A stretch of DNA of 64,000 bases from Ramazzottius varieornatus. Lineage: Eukaryota > Animalia > Tardigrada. A program made the position numbers and the translations under genes. The notes beneath the pieces are model-generated. The model was not told the DNA's origin. It saw nothing but the letters and a program-made list of their open reading frames with translations, and searched no databases. Within the stretch, counting starts at the first letter, position 1, and every line of letters starts with the position of its first letter. The stretch spans positions 1,031,313 to 1,095,312 of the forward strand of contig BDGG01000016.1 in NCBI GenBank assembly GCA_001949185.1, in the 5' to 3' direction. Shown one piece after another: positions 46,296-59,927 of the stretch.

Positions 46296-49200
46296 CTATC
46301 GATGCACTTGATCCATCGGCGCATGTTTCCCTCCACACGCTCCACACAGCAGGCCCATCTTATGGCATCCCTTAAGGGGATAGTAGCACCAAAGGCAAGG
46401 CAGGAGTAGAGACATGGCGGTGAGGGCCAGCCAGCGCCAGAAGCAGTTCTTGGCGCTAGTATCACAGCTACAAGGATGCGGCGAGTATTCTTCGCCGTCC
46501 GACCCCTCATTCCCTCCACACCCACAGGAGAGAAGTCCCGAGGCCAGCGGAACACAAGTCAGGCGATTAATGCACTCTTTGGCTTTGTCTGGAGCAAATT
46601 CACAGGCGCCCTTCTCATTACCTTCCACCGAGTAATATTCATGGCAATATTTACAGCGGCTTCGTTCGCCTCTGGTGGCATACCTCTTGCTCGCCTTCTC
46701 CTTCTTCCTTCCACCCAAGCCTCGTTTGTTCTTAATGGGTAAGAGTGGTGGTCGATGGCTGCACATCATATCTAAGTTATAAATCTTGATGCTGCTGATG
46801 GAGTCTCTCTTATTGTTTCTTGTTTTGGTTGTGTCTATGGAAGCAGGGTAAGTGTATTCGTGTGTGCTGCTGGGTGGATCTGGGTAGAGCGAGGAGACGG
46901 AAGTGTGCTCGTCTTCGCTCTTGGCGCTAATGACGTCAACGTACGTGTACTTTTCCGAAGCGGAAACTAGCGGTTTACTCAGCTCTTTGGCACTGGTCTC
47001 GGCAGTGTGCGAAGCGGAAAGACGGACGGTGTAGGCAGGATCGTGGTGAAGGCCGCTGCTACTGTGGAACGGCGCGGACAGGGACTTGGTCATGGTGGCC
47101 GGTAACGACAGGATACGCTTGGCCGGCTCGTTGACGGGGCTGTGGCGAAAGTGGCGGGCAGAGATTGGCACGGAAGTTGTGGAGAGCTGCGGACTGGCGG
47201 TCCGGTGCTCCAAGAAACTTTTGGAGCCCAAGGCACGGGGAGGCCGCAGGGGAAGCTTGCGAGCCAGCTCACTCTCACTTCCCTGGAAAGAGCCCAATAC
47301 ATCAGACACGTCACCGCGCGAAACCAGCTGGAAATCCGAAGGAGAACCGGAAGTTCATAGCACATACAGTACTGTGATATTCATAATACATACCGAGACA
47401 CTCTGATCGCCAGCGTCCTCGCGTCCGCTTTCGAAAGCTCTCAGGAGTTCCGGCGAAGCTTCCGGATCACCTGAAACATAAAACTCTCTGTCAATCTTCG
47501 GACATACGTTCAAGTTTGAAGAGAAAAATTATTGCTCGTTTTTTAGGTTTTACCAGATTTTATACGTTCGGGTAATGTGGCGATATGCGCCACAGTACTG
47601 CACCATTTTGCTCGAACGTGGCAAACATGTATGCAGGTCGGTGATGTCATGCTAGTTTGATAGGAAGAGCAATACTTACAGGTTTTGAGTTCCTCCAAGG
47701 CTTTCTCGACGGCAATGTCGAAGGTCTTGCCATCTGCTGCGCTCTGGAAAGTCAAGCCAAATTTCTTTCCCCGAAGCGTCCAGTGTCGGAATGTCGGTGT
47801 CACTTGGTTGTACAAGAGATCTTTCTTCAAAATGCAGTTGAGGCAAACCTGCAATCATTCAACGAGTTCATGGTGGGAGTTTGAAACAAGTGAGTAAATC
47901 GTGGTGCTCTTACAGATTCATCGCTCAAACGGTGTCCAGTGATGACGAACTGCACTCTGGACGTAGGGAGAGCCAGAGGCGAAGGTTGGTTCTCTGGGGC
48001 GAAGACGGAAATTCGACGGAGACCCACCAGACTCATGCCACCTCCCGCCACCGGCACCCATCCTCCCGAGGAGTCGTCCCGTGTCATCACTTGAGCACGG
48101 ACTTTGGCCAGACATTCGTTGCTACAACCAGAACAACATTCCAGTCAGTAAATGTGGCTTCCAGAAGAACTCTCCTGCTCAAAACTGGGAGTTCGGCAAA
48201 CCAACACAAAAATTGGCGCATATTCTTGAAAGCCGGAAGCCTGCGCCACTTCAGGAAAAACCATCCTGATGAGTTAGTTCGCCGGGCTCTGAAATTCGGG
48301 ATAACTTTCAATTGTGGGGGATTTACTCTGAGTGAGATGAGTAGGATCCCATATCGCAAATCTCAAATTACGGGCGAAAATTAAGAACAGCGTAGGGGTA
48401 CAGTGCGGTCGAACAGAAAATTCTCTGCTTCGCAGTTCGAGAAGCCTGGCGTGGCAGAAACGTTGACTATTTCCACCGACAAAACAGTCTAGACATTGGA
48501 AGACCTTATTATTCCGCGAAGCTCAGTACCAGTTTTATCCACCCTAATTTACTTGTCTTCGATTACGCGAATTTACGGTGACGTTTCCAAAAGCCTCGAA
48601 GTCCTTCAAAACCAAGATCTGTGGGTGTTTACCAACGCCTTAATGGAAGGAGAGACCTTCCGGACATCCTCCGACACCTCGTGGCCCCCTCAAGTCTTTC
48701 CGCTCTGTCTGCGGCACCGGCAAATCGTCTGGCCACACCTGAATGTTTTTCCCAGCACGTTTGTCCGCATGGTAAACACCCTGGCATAACCGGCACTCCA
48801 AACACATGACGTCAACGGGCGCAAACTCTTCCTTGCTTGTGTAACTGCTGCACTTCCGTTTTGTCATGAAGCAGACGGAAGAGCTTTACGTCTGAATGGA
48901 AAGGCTGAATGCGATAAGATGCACCGTGAAAGTGCAGCTCATTCATCAAAATTCTGAACCAGTCAGCCTAACAGCTAATCAATTCTGCCCGACAAATCCT
49001 ACTCGCTCACTCAGCACATAGGACACTTGGCCTACCATTGTGTGTAGCAGGACAAGTGTATCCCCAAGGTCCTACTCCAGGCATTTAGACGATCTTGCTT
49101 GACGAGCAATTTTCTAAAAATAACTGCCTGTTTGTAGGACAACTCTTACCGAATTACGCCTAGTCTTTGTATATTCCAGCCATTAGGCTCGTTAAACCGT

Positions 49201-49486
49201 CTTGAAAATGGTAACACCAGCTTGTCACACTCCTAAACAAGTTGTAAATAATTTCCTGGAAAGACTACGGACAATGATAAGAGGTAAAGCTCATAATCTC
49301 CATTTCCCCTACAAAACCTTCTACCAGATTTTCCCCTCATCTTCTCGAGTGCGGAACCTTGAAAGTTCCTTCGTGATATAGGTCAGTTTCGATAGTTCGT
49401 CTAAAAGTCCCTGGAATTGGAACTGATTTCGATTACGACAGCGGAGGACAAGGTGTACCTTACTTGCTCAAACTTTCCTCCGTCAT
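46296..49486 (-). CDS. Spred: Sprouty-related EVH1 domain protein
   Basis: MTEESLSN|NECLAKVRAQVMTRDDSSGGWVP...KKFGLTFQSAADG (EVH1). SPR domain RSRCKYC...APD...HPCSC...RWLALTAMSLLLPCLWCYYPLKGC..CGGKH. Confidence 0.93.
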
Positions 49487-50088
49487 AATCTCTTCACAGC
49501 TGCGGCTGCTTCTCTGATGACATCTCCGGTCTTTCCAGACGAACCAAGTCCAGCGACGACGTCCATGATTCAAACCATGATAATATTTTGGTAGAGATGA
49601 ACGATAAACAGCCCGATAAAATCTTGGCGGTTACAGTTGGATGCACCTGTGGATCTAACAGCAGGATTGTAGTCAAACGAAGCAACCTTATCAGTCAAAA
49701 GCAATTTCATAATGTGAGGCACAGTACCACCAATCAAATCAAATAATCGACCTTCGAAAATCTAAACAATTCAGGAGGTTACCTTTCAGAAATGCAAACC
49801 ACCGTTCTGTTACTTCCACAATCCACACTAAAGCCCCACGAGCGTCTTCCAAGATGAATGGCGCACTGCAGGGAAGAGATGTATAAAGGATGGAGAGAAA
49901 GAGAGGAAGAGGCCCGGCAGCATTCAGCTGTTCTGCTGCTCCTTCAGAATGGAAGTTTGCTCCGATTCATAAAACTGTAACGAGGCACACCCCTTTCCTG
50001 TCCTTCTGGGCTCCGTCTTTCCTCCGGCGTGCTTCTCCCCGTCTCCACCGTGGTACACTTGACAGCTTGTCCCCGCCTACAGACATAA

Positions 50089-50344
50089 CCCGTGTATGGT
50101 AAGCCGGGCGATCCAAAAGTCCACAGTACTGTTACCGCGCATGGATGCACGGAGAAACTGACTTTATCCGCGCACACACGCGCGGTAAAATGTCTTTATC
50201 CGCGGGTGGATGCGCGGATAAAGTATTTCACCGCGCATGGAGTTTCTCAGCGCATTCACGCGCGGGTAAAGTCTATTTATCCGCGCATCCACCCGCGGAT
50301 AAAGTCAGTTTCACCGCGCATGTACCCGGCTCACCATACCCGTG
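50089..50344. mobile_element. MITE (256 bp) with ~20-bp TIRs and TAA TSD
   Basis: cccgtgtatggtaagccggg ... cccggctcaccatacccgtg, with taa on both sides. Internal tttatccgcg/cgcggataaa palindromic repeats. Confidence 0.75.
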
Positions 50345-51302
50345 TAAGAAGCTCCAGTTGTGAATGGCTGCTGAAAGTGTCAAGAGAAGATATTGATTGT
50401 GTTTGCCGATCCTCCTCTTACCGCAGTAAAAGTTTGATAAAGGCACGACTGACAAGCAAACAAACGAGCGTGCACCGGGCCGCTAAAAGGGGCGGGGCGT
50501 TGTCAAATGTGCATCACATCATCATACACCTAGGTACGCTGTGCACCGCCCGATCGTCGAATCAGCTGGTGTCTGCACGCTGTAGGTTCTCGCCGCCCGT
50601 GTGCATATGTTTATTGCCGTCCAATGAAACCTATGTCTATCGTCAGAATCTTATGGATAGAACAATGGATTACCGCGTGACAGCAGAAAAGTGCGGATAT
50701 TTTATTCTTGCTACTACTTCGACGAGCACCTCCTGGAAAAAAATTTATGGTTAGAAAGCTCCGGGATCTTCTTGAGGTGTCCAAAATTACAAACAGGATC
50801 TTCAGGAGGGTGGGTAGTCATCGCAATGCCGGTACATCCTCCGGCGTTTCACGATCATTGATCAATTCTGGGTTTGTATTGCATGGGTGTGGCGCGCTGA
50901 CTCACTGGACAACTTCAAGCTCATCATGGATCAGCTGCCAGAAATAGCTGCGGATCAATTTCGCACGCAAACGGATAAATTTGGTATAATTCATTAGATT
51001 TTGTGTTTATCATTCTGTGCGGGGCGTGCCATCGCCTCTCTTTTTTGTTAATCGAAGTTCGACGACGCACCCATAATTTGGGGAACAGTAAAACTGCTGT
51101 CCGTCACGGTGAACTCACGAGTGCACAATATACCGTGACAAGAGTAAACACCGCGGTAGTCGGTAAAGGAAAATATAACAAAATTTGCTGCGAAGTTCAT
51201 CGCGCGAGCCTGCGACCACTCTCTGTTTGCTTTTGGAAAGACCACGAGCTCGACTAATCCAGAATGACGCGGGCTTCGATACCGCAATTATACACAAGCA
51301 GT

Positions 51303-51464
51303 AGGCTCGGCTAAGCTAAAATAAGCCGTTTTAACCGTTCTTAGCCGCGGCTAAAATGAATGTTCGTTCGATTGATTTATTGATGTTAAGTCGCCCGAAA
51401 CGTTTTAGCCGTTTTTGCCTCGGCTAAGAACGGCTAAACGGCTTATTTTAGCTTAGCCGAGCCT
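51303..51464. mobile_element. palindromic MITE-like element
   Basis: 29-bp perfect inverted repeat aggctcggctaagctaaaataagccgttt / aaacggcttattttagcttagccgagcct, extending imperfectly inward. No clear TSD. Confidence 0.75.
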
Positions 51465-52100
51465 CCTATGATATAACCGTAATCATCGGTCACTAGTCCG
51501 CATTTATTTTATACGTTGCGTAATGTAGATAAATTAAGTTAAGAGTGATTCCCGCCCAGGATGCTGGATGAACAACTCGAGGACGTGGAGCCTGATGGAG
51601 TAGGACGTTCGAACAGCGAGATGGAGTCCTGCCGAGTTGAAAGAGTAGGACACGTATACTGGTACGGGTATTATTCGTTTCCCGTAGGCTTTAAAGGCAG
51701 ACATCCGCTAGATAGTACGCTCTCTCAGACGGAAGTAGGCAAGCGGCATACTGCGCCTTGAAGCTGGACAGGTCCAAGTTTCCTGCTTTATTTTTGCAAT
51801 AAAGTCTACTGACCGCCGACGACGAAATTCGATGCCAAGGTTGGCGCTGACCGCGAATAAGTCGACTGATTTGATCAGCTGGCTTCGCGAGCCTCGTTCG
51901 CAGCTTCTGTTGAATGGAAAAGGGCGATCCATCCCGCATTCCTTTTTCGAGAATCAGTCGCGCTTTTGCACGTTCTCGTCTTCCTCCTCTTTTTGAGGAA
52001 CCTTGTGTTTTCCCAAGGCTAATTCTAACCGACCTTCTTAAACACGTAAACGGAATTAGGGCGTTTCTTTGCTGACTGTATTTTTTCTGCAGATTTCGCC

Positions 52101-55100
52101 ATGTCCCGGAAACTCTGCTTTTTCCTCCTGATTTGCTGTCTTCACATTCCTTCCTCCCTGGGCATTCTCTCTGGTATTATCAAAGCTCTTACAGACGACC
52201 ATCCGCCCAAAGGTAAAAGTAGTTTTGCCAAGTGCTTTCACGGAAAATCCACGGTTAATCTTCTCGTGTTATCCCAGGGAAGCCGGTGCCGGAAGTATGT
52301 CCACTTGGCGACGTTTTCTGCCGAGACGGATTGCAGTGCATCCACAAAACCTGGCTCTGTGATGGTTCCCGGGACTGTGCAGATGGCTCGGACGAAGACA
52401 GCTGCAGAATGACATGTAACGCGATGCAGTTCCAGTGCGACCAGAACCGGTGCATCCCGTTGATATGGCGTTGTGATGGACAGAAAGATTGCCTGGATAA
52501 CAGCGACGAAGATCCGCAGGTAAATGAAATTCAGTAAAATTATGGGGTTTGGCAGGCTGTGCGGTGTCTGCTTGAGGTTGTTGTTGCATTTTTGCGCTGT
52601 GACGTTTTTCGCTGTGCGATTCGACATGGAGTGGATTTTGCCGCAGATTTTCGAACAATTTCTACAGATCTGCTACAGATTTTGCTTGTAGATTTTCTAA
52701 CGTTCGTTTTCTGGATTAGGTTTGCAAGCGATCCACTTGTCCCTCCGATCATTTCCACTGCAAGAGTGGGGAATGTCTGCCGAAGCACTGGAAGTGTGAT
52801 GGAGCGAAGGACTGTAGGGGTGGAGACGACGAAGACGAGAAGATGTGCGCCAAGGCCAAAGAATGCTACGCTGGAGAACGAGCCTGCAAGAACAACAAGT
52901 GCATCTCCAACAGTTTGTGGTGTGACGGACGAGCTGACTGCACTGACGGCTCAGACGAAGCTGCCTGCGCCAACGACTACCAGAACGATGCTCCAGCTTC
53001 CTGCAACCCCGGCCAGTATCGATGCGGAAGCGGAAGATGCATTCCGGAAAGATGGGTGTGTGATGGCTGGAAAGACTGCGACGACAATGAAGACGAGACA
53101 GCACCCGAATGCCTGCCTTCTTCCACTACGCATCCTCCCTTCGAAAACTGTAAGTCGAGCGTACACATAACCCAGAAACTTTCGCTGGATAATTTTCCCT
53201 TCTTACCAAAAAGGAAATCTGGTAATTTCGCTAGATGGTCGTACTGAACGGACTTCCGCCAAGTGACGCTCTGAAATCTTTTTGATCAGCGGACACTGGC
53301 GGCAACGGAGCGTACTGTGGCCGGAAATGTTGATATAATGACTTTGACGTCAGAGTACTCGTGTGGTGTTGTGCAGTTAGTCATGACGTCCTAACAAGAG
53401 TATCCGGCTGGCGTACGTGCACCACCTGTTGATTTCGACAATGTCGCTACTCGCCAGTTCTCGCCATGTCTTGATTTTTGAATTTACTTTCGCAGTTTCA
53501 CCGCGGTCATCAGGAGAGAACCGAGAAATGACCGGCGGTCTAGCTCACTCCTGCACCAACGGCGACTTTACCTGCAAGAACGGCGAATGCATCCCGCTGA
53601 ACTGGCGATGCGACATGAACAGTGATTGTGAAGACAGCAGCGACGAGCTCGGATGCGAGAAGCCGGAAGCGAAGTTCCTGCTGGTCACCCACACGAACTC
53701 TACGCTCCGGCAGTCTGAATGCTTTCACGACCAGTTCCCGTGCCTCTCACCAGCGAAAAGCAGGATCTGTCTTCCGCTGACCCAGGTATGTGACAAGAAG
53801 ATGGATTGCCTCAACGGCACGGACGAAGGCGCGGCATGCGATGGCGCTTGCAAGAACGACAACGGCATGTGCAGTCACAAATGCAACCCAACACCCGCCG
53901 GCGCTGTTTGTTCCTGCCTTCCAGGGTAACTACCACCTCTTTAGCCTACAATTCTTATTCCTCAAACCATGCTTGGCGTTCACGGAGGCTTCAGTGCGGA
54001 AGTGAAGAGGACTGAGACGTCGGCAAATGACTTGAACATGATCGTGTTTCCAGGTGGCGCACACTTTCCGGCAACAACAATCAGAACGTGCGCCACTTGG
54101 GATGACGATCATGTTCAATTATTTGCCGATGTCCCAATTGGTACTCTGGTTTCCCCAAATATCTCTTCCCTGTTTTGTAGGTTTTCGCTGTCGGGCGATG
54201 TGAGATCGTGTGTGGACATCGATGAATGCCAAGGCGCTTCCGGGCCTTGTGACCAGAAGTGCAACAACACGGTAGGCTCGTACGAGTGTAGCTGCGCTCC
54301 TGGCTTCACCCTGGAGAAAGACCGCCACCGATGCAAGTCCATCGAAGGAGCCATTCTTCTCTTTGCCTGTGACCAGAACATTCGCCTGGTCAGCCTGAAC
54401 AGCGAACATGAAGCCCAGATCTTCAACGGAAACGATCGACTCGCCGTCGGACTGGACTACGCTCAAGAAAACAACTCCACCATCGTAAGTCTCACTCTGT
54501 GGTTTTGCAAGTTTCCGAACACGAACACTAGTCTTCCCAACATTAGATTGTGAATTCTGCAAAAGATTGAACAGGAAATTCTAATTTGGTAGCCGGCAAA
54601 CGAAACGCACGGGATGGTCAATGTAATGGCGCACGTTGTTATTGCTATTGGCTGACAGCATGCGCCACCTGAAATGTACTTGTACGTTTTTTTGCCGAAC
54701 TCTCAAGTTGTTTCCCACAGTCCAGCATTTCTTTGCAGATCTTTTACTCGGATGAAGAAAGACATCGCCTGTCCATGGTGAAGCTGATGCAGCCACAGAA
54801 CCAAGAACGAGTTATCTTGGACAACGTTCAGGGTGTGGCGGAAGTGGCCTACGATTGGGTCGCCAAGAATCTGTACTTCGTCGACCGAGTTCGCGGCCAG
54901 ATTGGCATCTGCTCGCTAGGTGGCAACCTTGCCTACTGCACACAGCTCTTGCCCTCTAGAGCTCGAGCTATCGCTGTCCATCCGGGCCACAGCATGCTGT
55001 TCTACGCGGAGGGAAGAAGTGACGGCGGGAAGATTGAACGAACATTCCTCGACGGAAGCGGAAGTAAGTGAAAATTTCCCAAATCTTCGGATTAATTCTT

Positions 55101-58100
55101 CGAAAATTTGTTTCGAAATCGTCGTAGTTTTCTCATTCTTTTGCGACTTCTAGAAAATGCTTTGATAATCAGACTGGTTTCGGAAAATCTGATCTTTGAG
55201 CGTTGTGCTTTCAGAAATGAGAACTCTGTAATGAACTCGACGACATTGGTTCCTCAAATGGCGTACGGTTTCAGCTTTATTGGCTGGAATCGTGCGCCAC
55301 TTGGAGAAGGATTTGGTCGAGTTTGTTTGCCGAGCTCTCAAACAACAAATCTTCTTTGCGAGTAAGGATATCTGATGTCGATTGTTTCGATGCAGTACCT
55401 TGAACAGTGCTTCTTCTCCTGTTTCAGGAGTGACAGTTTTGGACAAGAAGGTTCTCTCGCCGACCTTGCTGACTATCGACTTCATCCACGATCGCCTGTA
55501 CTTCGCCGATACGCAGGTGAATTTCCTAGAGTCGTGCAAGTTGGAGGGCTCTGATAGAAGGATCGTCTTCCACATGAAGGACGCCCAGCCGTATGGCATG
55601 TCCATCTTTAACGGTCGTCTGTACTACACCGACTGGAAAAGTCAAGCCGTGAAGAAGGTCGCTGTCAACGGATCACAAGCTGTGACGCTGTTCAGCAGTC
55701 CTCGAAAGCCGATGTCCCTTACCATCATCCACGAATCTCGACAACCCAACTTCAACTCGGTACGAAAACTTTGAATTTCACTTACAAGGGAACGGAGGTG
55801 ACCATGAGAGTTTGAACTTCTTCCAACTTTTCCTGTCGAAAGTACTCGGTCCTAGCTACCGTTCGAGGGTACTCTCAGTTGCCACCGAGCACCTTTTGGC
55901 TAGGGAGCAAATTTCCGAATGCGTGGAACCCTCTCAAAACCACTGTGGGACCTCTGACTTCTCGATGTCTACTGGTTCTCATATCGTCCGAAACATAACG
56001 TCTCCAGCAACAAAAATGCATTACATGAACTGGTGAACACTCCTGATGTTTCAGGTTAGCGAAACAAAAATTTTCGTTTCTTCAACNNNNNNNNNNNNNN
56101 NNNNNNNNNNNNNNNNNNNNNNNNNNNNNNNNNNNNNNNNNNNNNNNNNNNNNNNNNNNNNNNNNNNNNNNNNNNNNNNNNNNNNNNNNNNNNNNNNNNN
56201 NNNNNNNNNNNNNNNNNNNNNNNNNNNNNNNNNNNNNNNNNNNNNNNNNNNNNNNNNNNNNNNNNNNNNNNNNNNNNNNNNNNNNNNNNNNNNNNNNNNN
56301 NNNNNNNNNNNNNNNNNNNNNNNNNNNNNNNNNNNNNNNNNNNNNNNNNNNNNNNNNNNNNNNNNNNNNNNNNNNNNNNNNNNNNNNNNNNNNNNNNNNN
56401 NNNNNNNNNNNNNNNNNNNNNNNNNNNNNNNNNNNNNNNNNNNNNNNNNNNNNNNNNNNNNNNNNNNNNNNNNNNNNNNNNNNNNNNNNNNNNNNNNNNN
56501 NNNNNNNNNNNNNNNNNNNNNNNNNNNNNNNNNNNNNNNNNNNNNNNNNNNNNNNNACGTTATGTTTCGGACGATACGAGAACCAGTAGACATCGAGAAG
56601 TCAGAGGTCCCACAGTGGTTTTGAGAGGGTTCCACGCATTCGAAATTTGCTCCCTAGCCAAAAGGTGCTCGGTGGTAACTGAGAGTACCCTTGAACGGTA
56701 ACTAGGACCGAGTACTTTCGACAGGAAAAGTTGGAAGAAGTTCAGACTCCCATGGTCACCTCCGTTCCCTTGTGTTGGACAAGTGTTCGAACTAATAGGA
56801 CAAGTCTGGCAGACTGGATGGCGTTTATTAGTGGCGCGGGCTTTCAGTCAACATCACTGTAAAGGTGCGCCACAAGCCAATCTTGTCGAGTTTGTTGGCC
56901 CAGCTTCCATTCCAGTTCGAAACTTCAAAAGATGAGGTCCAGCTGTTTAACTTTCGCCGCGTACATTTCTTCAGGCTTGCAAAGCGGACAAAAATCCCTG
57001 TCAGCACATCTGCGCCGCCAAAGCGGGTAACCGACGCACTTGCATGTGCCATGAAGGTGAGAAACTCTTGATCGGGGTCTAGGTCTGATAATGTGTTTTC
57101 GGAACTGACAATGAGGTTTCTGTCCATGATGTCTGTGATTACTAAGAAGCATCGCTCTTACGTTTGATGTTGTTTGAAGGTTTCAAGCTGCGCGCCAACG
57201 GTATCAGTTGTGATCCAGTCGCTGGTATAGTATCGCTCTTCCGGAAGGATGGTGTGGATGCTCCTCGGGCAATCAACTTCACCAACGGGCTTCACCACGG
57301 CAAGCGGCTCTGCAACAAGAAGGACAAGCCGACGATGGACGAGGTTTGTATCTGCATGATGGGCAAGTGCTTTTGGGAACCCATCCACGAAGACGTCAAG
57401 GCAGCCATCGCTCGAACCGGAAACGGCGAAGAATTCGGAGCAGCTCATGCCGAACCCAGCGTCCACAAGACCTCTCTCCGTGTAAGCTTTCAAAGCAAAC
57501 TGTGCAGGCAAAAAACTTATTTGCGTCAAAATTGAACGGTTTGATGTTGGAAAGCTCGGCAAATAAACTCGGTAAGACTTTTTTCCCGAGTGACGCACGT
57601 TCTCAGTTTTCACGGCTGGAAACGTGTGCCCCTTGAAAAAGGAATCTCTCGAATCTGCCCAAGTGACGCGTCTTCCCAGTGTTGTTTGGTTTGACGAGCG
57701 CGCCACATGAAAAGGAATCTGGTGCGATTTGAAATGTTTGTTTATCGTTTCAGACGAATGATCTGAGTCGGTACAGCGCAGCTACACTAGCCGGCATCAT
57801 CTGCGCCTGTGTGGTCAGCATTCTGGCTCTCCTGCTCATAGTCTTCCTTCTCCGCAAGTACAAGCCGCACCTGATGGATCCCTATTCGGACCAGAAGAGC
57901 CTCATCGACGAGGTTGACAACGCCCCAGGAGCCAAGCAGATGAAGCCTCGCACTCCCAGCGTCGGAGCCAGCTTCAACAACCCCACGTACGAGAACGTGT
58001 CACCCGGCAGCTCGGCTTACATGGTCAAGTTTTACAAGAGCGGATACAACCGCATCTCGGCCGAAGGACGAGCCGCTCCAGCGACACCAGCGTCCTCCGC

Positions 58101-58113
58101 GCAGACTGTATGA
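52101..58113 (+). CDS. LDLR/VLDLR (lipophorin-receptor-type) family receptor: 7 LDLa, 2 EGF, YWTD propeller, EGF, TM, NPxY
   Basis: Signal peptide; seven class-A repeats; EGF-Ca DIDECQG; IFYSD/LYFVD/LYFAD/LYYTD blades; [23 protein letters not shown]; FNNPTY. Confidence 0.9.
54015..54135. repeat. GGCGCAC-palindrome family, near-canonical single unit (LDLR intron)
   Basis: gagacgtcggcaaatga...ggtggcgcac...cgtgcgccacttgg...atttgccgatgtccc. Confidence 0.88.
55784..56773. mobile_element. long-TIR (foldback-like) element in an LDLR intron, centre in an assembly gap
   Basis: 55784-56001 is the near-perfect reverse complement of 56557-56773 (acaagggaacggaggtgaccatg...cgaaacataacgt). Confidence 0.8.
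56087..56556. other. assembly gap (470 N)
   Basis: Run of N. Confidence 1.
57550..57730. repeat. GGCGCAC-palindrome family, 2 units (LDLR intron)
   Basis: agctcggcaaataaactcgg...gtgacgcacg...; caagtgacgcg...gcgcgccac. Confidence 0.8.
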
Positions 58114-58710
58114 CCCAGAAGTAAGCTCTTCAGTTTTTCTTTCACTTTGCACAGAATTTGCGCCAAGGTTCTTTGTGATTTTCTTGGAGTAGTTTCTGGT
58201 GATACATTGCTTGGATATATTTGTGTTCCCCAGTGACATTATTTTCTTATTTTTGTTTCACTTGCTCATGATTGCCTGATAGTTTTGGTACTCCTTTTTG
58301 CCAGTCATTTTTGCTCCGACATTGAGCTCATGTTTTGTTGTCATGATATTATTATTAAACATCGTGGATCACGTCGTTACATGACCGGGTAAGAAGGCAG
58401 AAAGATCACGTCCCCCAACAACACACCAGGGCTGAAGTTCTGAGATCCTTGCTGAATGAAGGGACGTCACAGGACAACTCTCCTGAGCCGATTTACCCGA
58501 AACCTCTCGTCCCCCTAGAAGCCGAAAATCCTGGATTACCTCCATGTTCGCCGTATGTATACGTACGTCGACTGCGAGGAGAGGTCGGCGTCGCACTTCC
58601 GCCACCAACAGGCAACAGCAGTGATTCGGGTGAAATGCGAGTCGAGCCGCGCCTCTTGGAATGGAGCAACGAGATAAGCTCCGCCCCTGAACCCACTGGA
58701 AGCAGTCAGC

Positions 58711-59765
58711 TAGCGCTGGCAAAAATACGATAAAATTCGATACTATATTTTTCGACACAATATCGGCGGATATTTTATTGCGGTCATCGATATTCATTCG
58801 ATATCGATATTTCGATACGCTATTCTTTCCGATACCGTATTTTCGATATATCGTATCATATCGCAGCGATATATCGATATTTCTTGAATTTTATTTTTCG
58901 GAACTCCACTGGTTCAAGCCCAAAAACTCAGGAAGCCGATTTCCACATAATGTGTTAGTAAGATCGAAAGCGTCGGATGCAGCAAAGACATGACTATACC
59001 AAGACTTCAAACACATGGAAACCTAGAAAGAATTAGTACCAGACTTCGCGGGGCGGCACCCTAATGAATATTGTTGCCGCCGTGGAAGGCTAAAAAGGAA
59101 GAAAACGGGAACTGGGATGATGGCAGCGCGTATCCCAAGTTCCCAACCATTGATTTACTCCTTGTGACTCAGAGTGCAATGCCATAACCTTATCTCCTTG
59201 TTTTGTGACCAACTTTCGCTTCTCTGTCGCATTCCATTCACAAGCTTGTCTCCACTATTGTACTTTGCCCTTCACTGGGCAAAGTTCAGCAGAGGGGTTC
59301 AAACACCAGCTTACGAACAAAACCAGCTCCGCAACGACAGCTCGTGCCCAAAAATCCCATGTTAGACCACCTGAAGTGGTCTGACATGGGATAATATGGG
59401 GTATCAAGTCACATGCAAGGTTGATTGGTTAGCTCTCCGAGCATTGCGTAATAGCCTGACACTGTATCGGCGGCAACAACCGAATGGGCGGAGTGTGCTC
59501 GGTACACCATGGCGAAAATCTAGTCTTTGAAGTCAACCATGGTCTTCCGTAAACAAGATATCACTGGCGAGTGTGCCATTCAGCAAAATACCGATATACC
59601 GATAATATATCGATACGGCGCGATACGATATCGCCGAATATTTCATTGCGTTATTCGATATGAGCTCTATATCGATATTTTGATACAATATCTGCCGCAT
59701 ATTTTATCGCGAAGATTCGATATGTTTCGATACGATGTCTGTATACCGTATCGTTGCCACCACTA
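58711..59765. mobile_element. non-autonomous hAT-like element with CGATA-rich subterminal repeats
   Basis: TIR tagcgctggcaaaaatacgata vs reverse complement tagtggtggcaacgatacggta. 8-bp flanks cagtcagc/ctgtcggc (6/8). Dense cgata/tatcg motifs at both ends. Confidence 0.65.
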
Positions 59766-59927
59766 CTGTCGGCAGCTCGTCAGTGCAGCACTGACGAGCT
59801 GCTGAACATCGTGCTACACCAAGTTGATTTGCCTGATTGCTGCCAGAACATACAGTTGATTAGTTGAAGGGCACAACTATCAGTTGGTGCAGGCCGATGT
59901 TCAGCAATCAGTATCCGCACTATAGAT

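Noticed and set aside
50092-50754. 220-aa ORF with YPR repeats
   Set aside because: Read-through of the MITE's internal repeats; no protein features.
56046-56635. ORFs spanning X runs
   Set aside because: Artefacts of the N gap and the inverted repeat.
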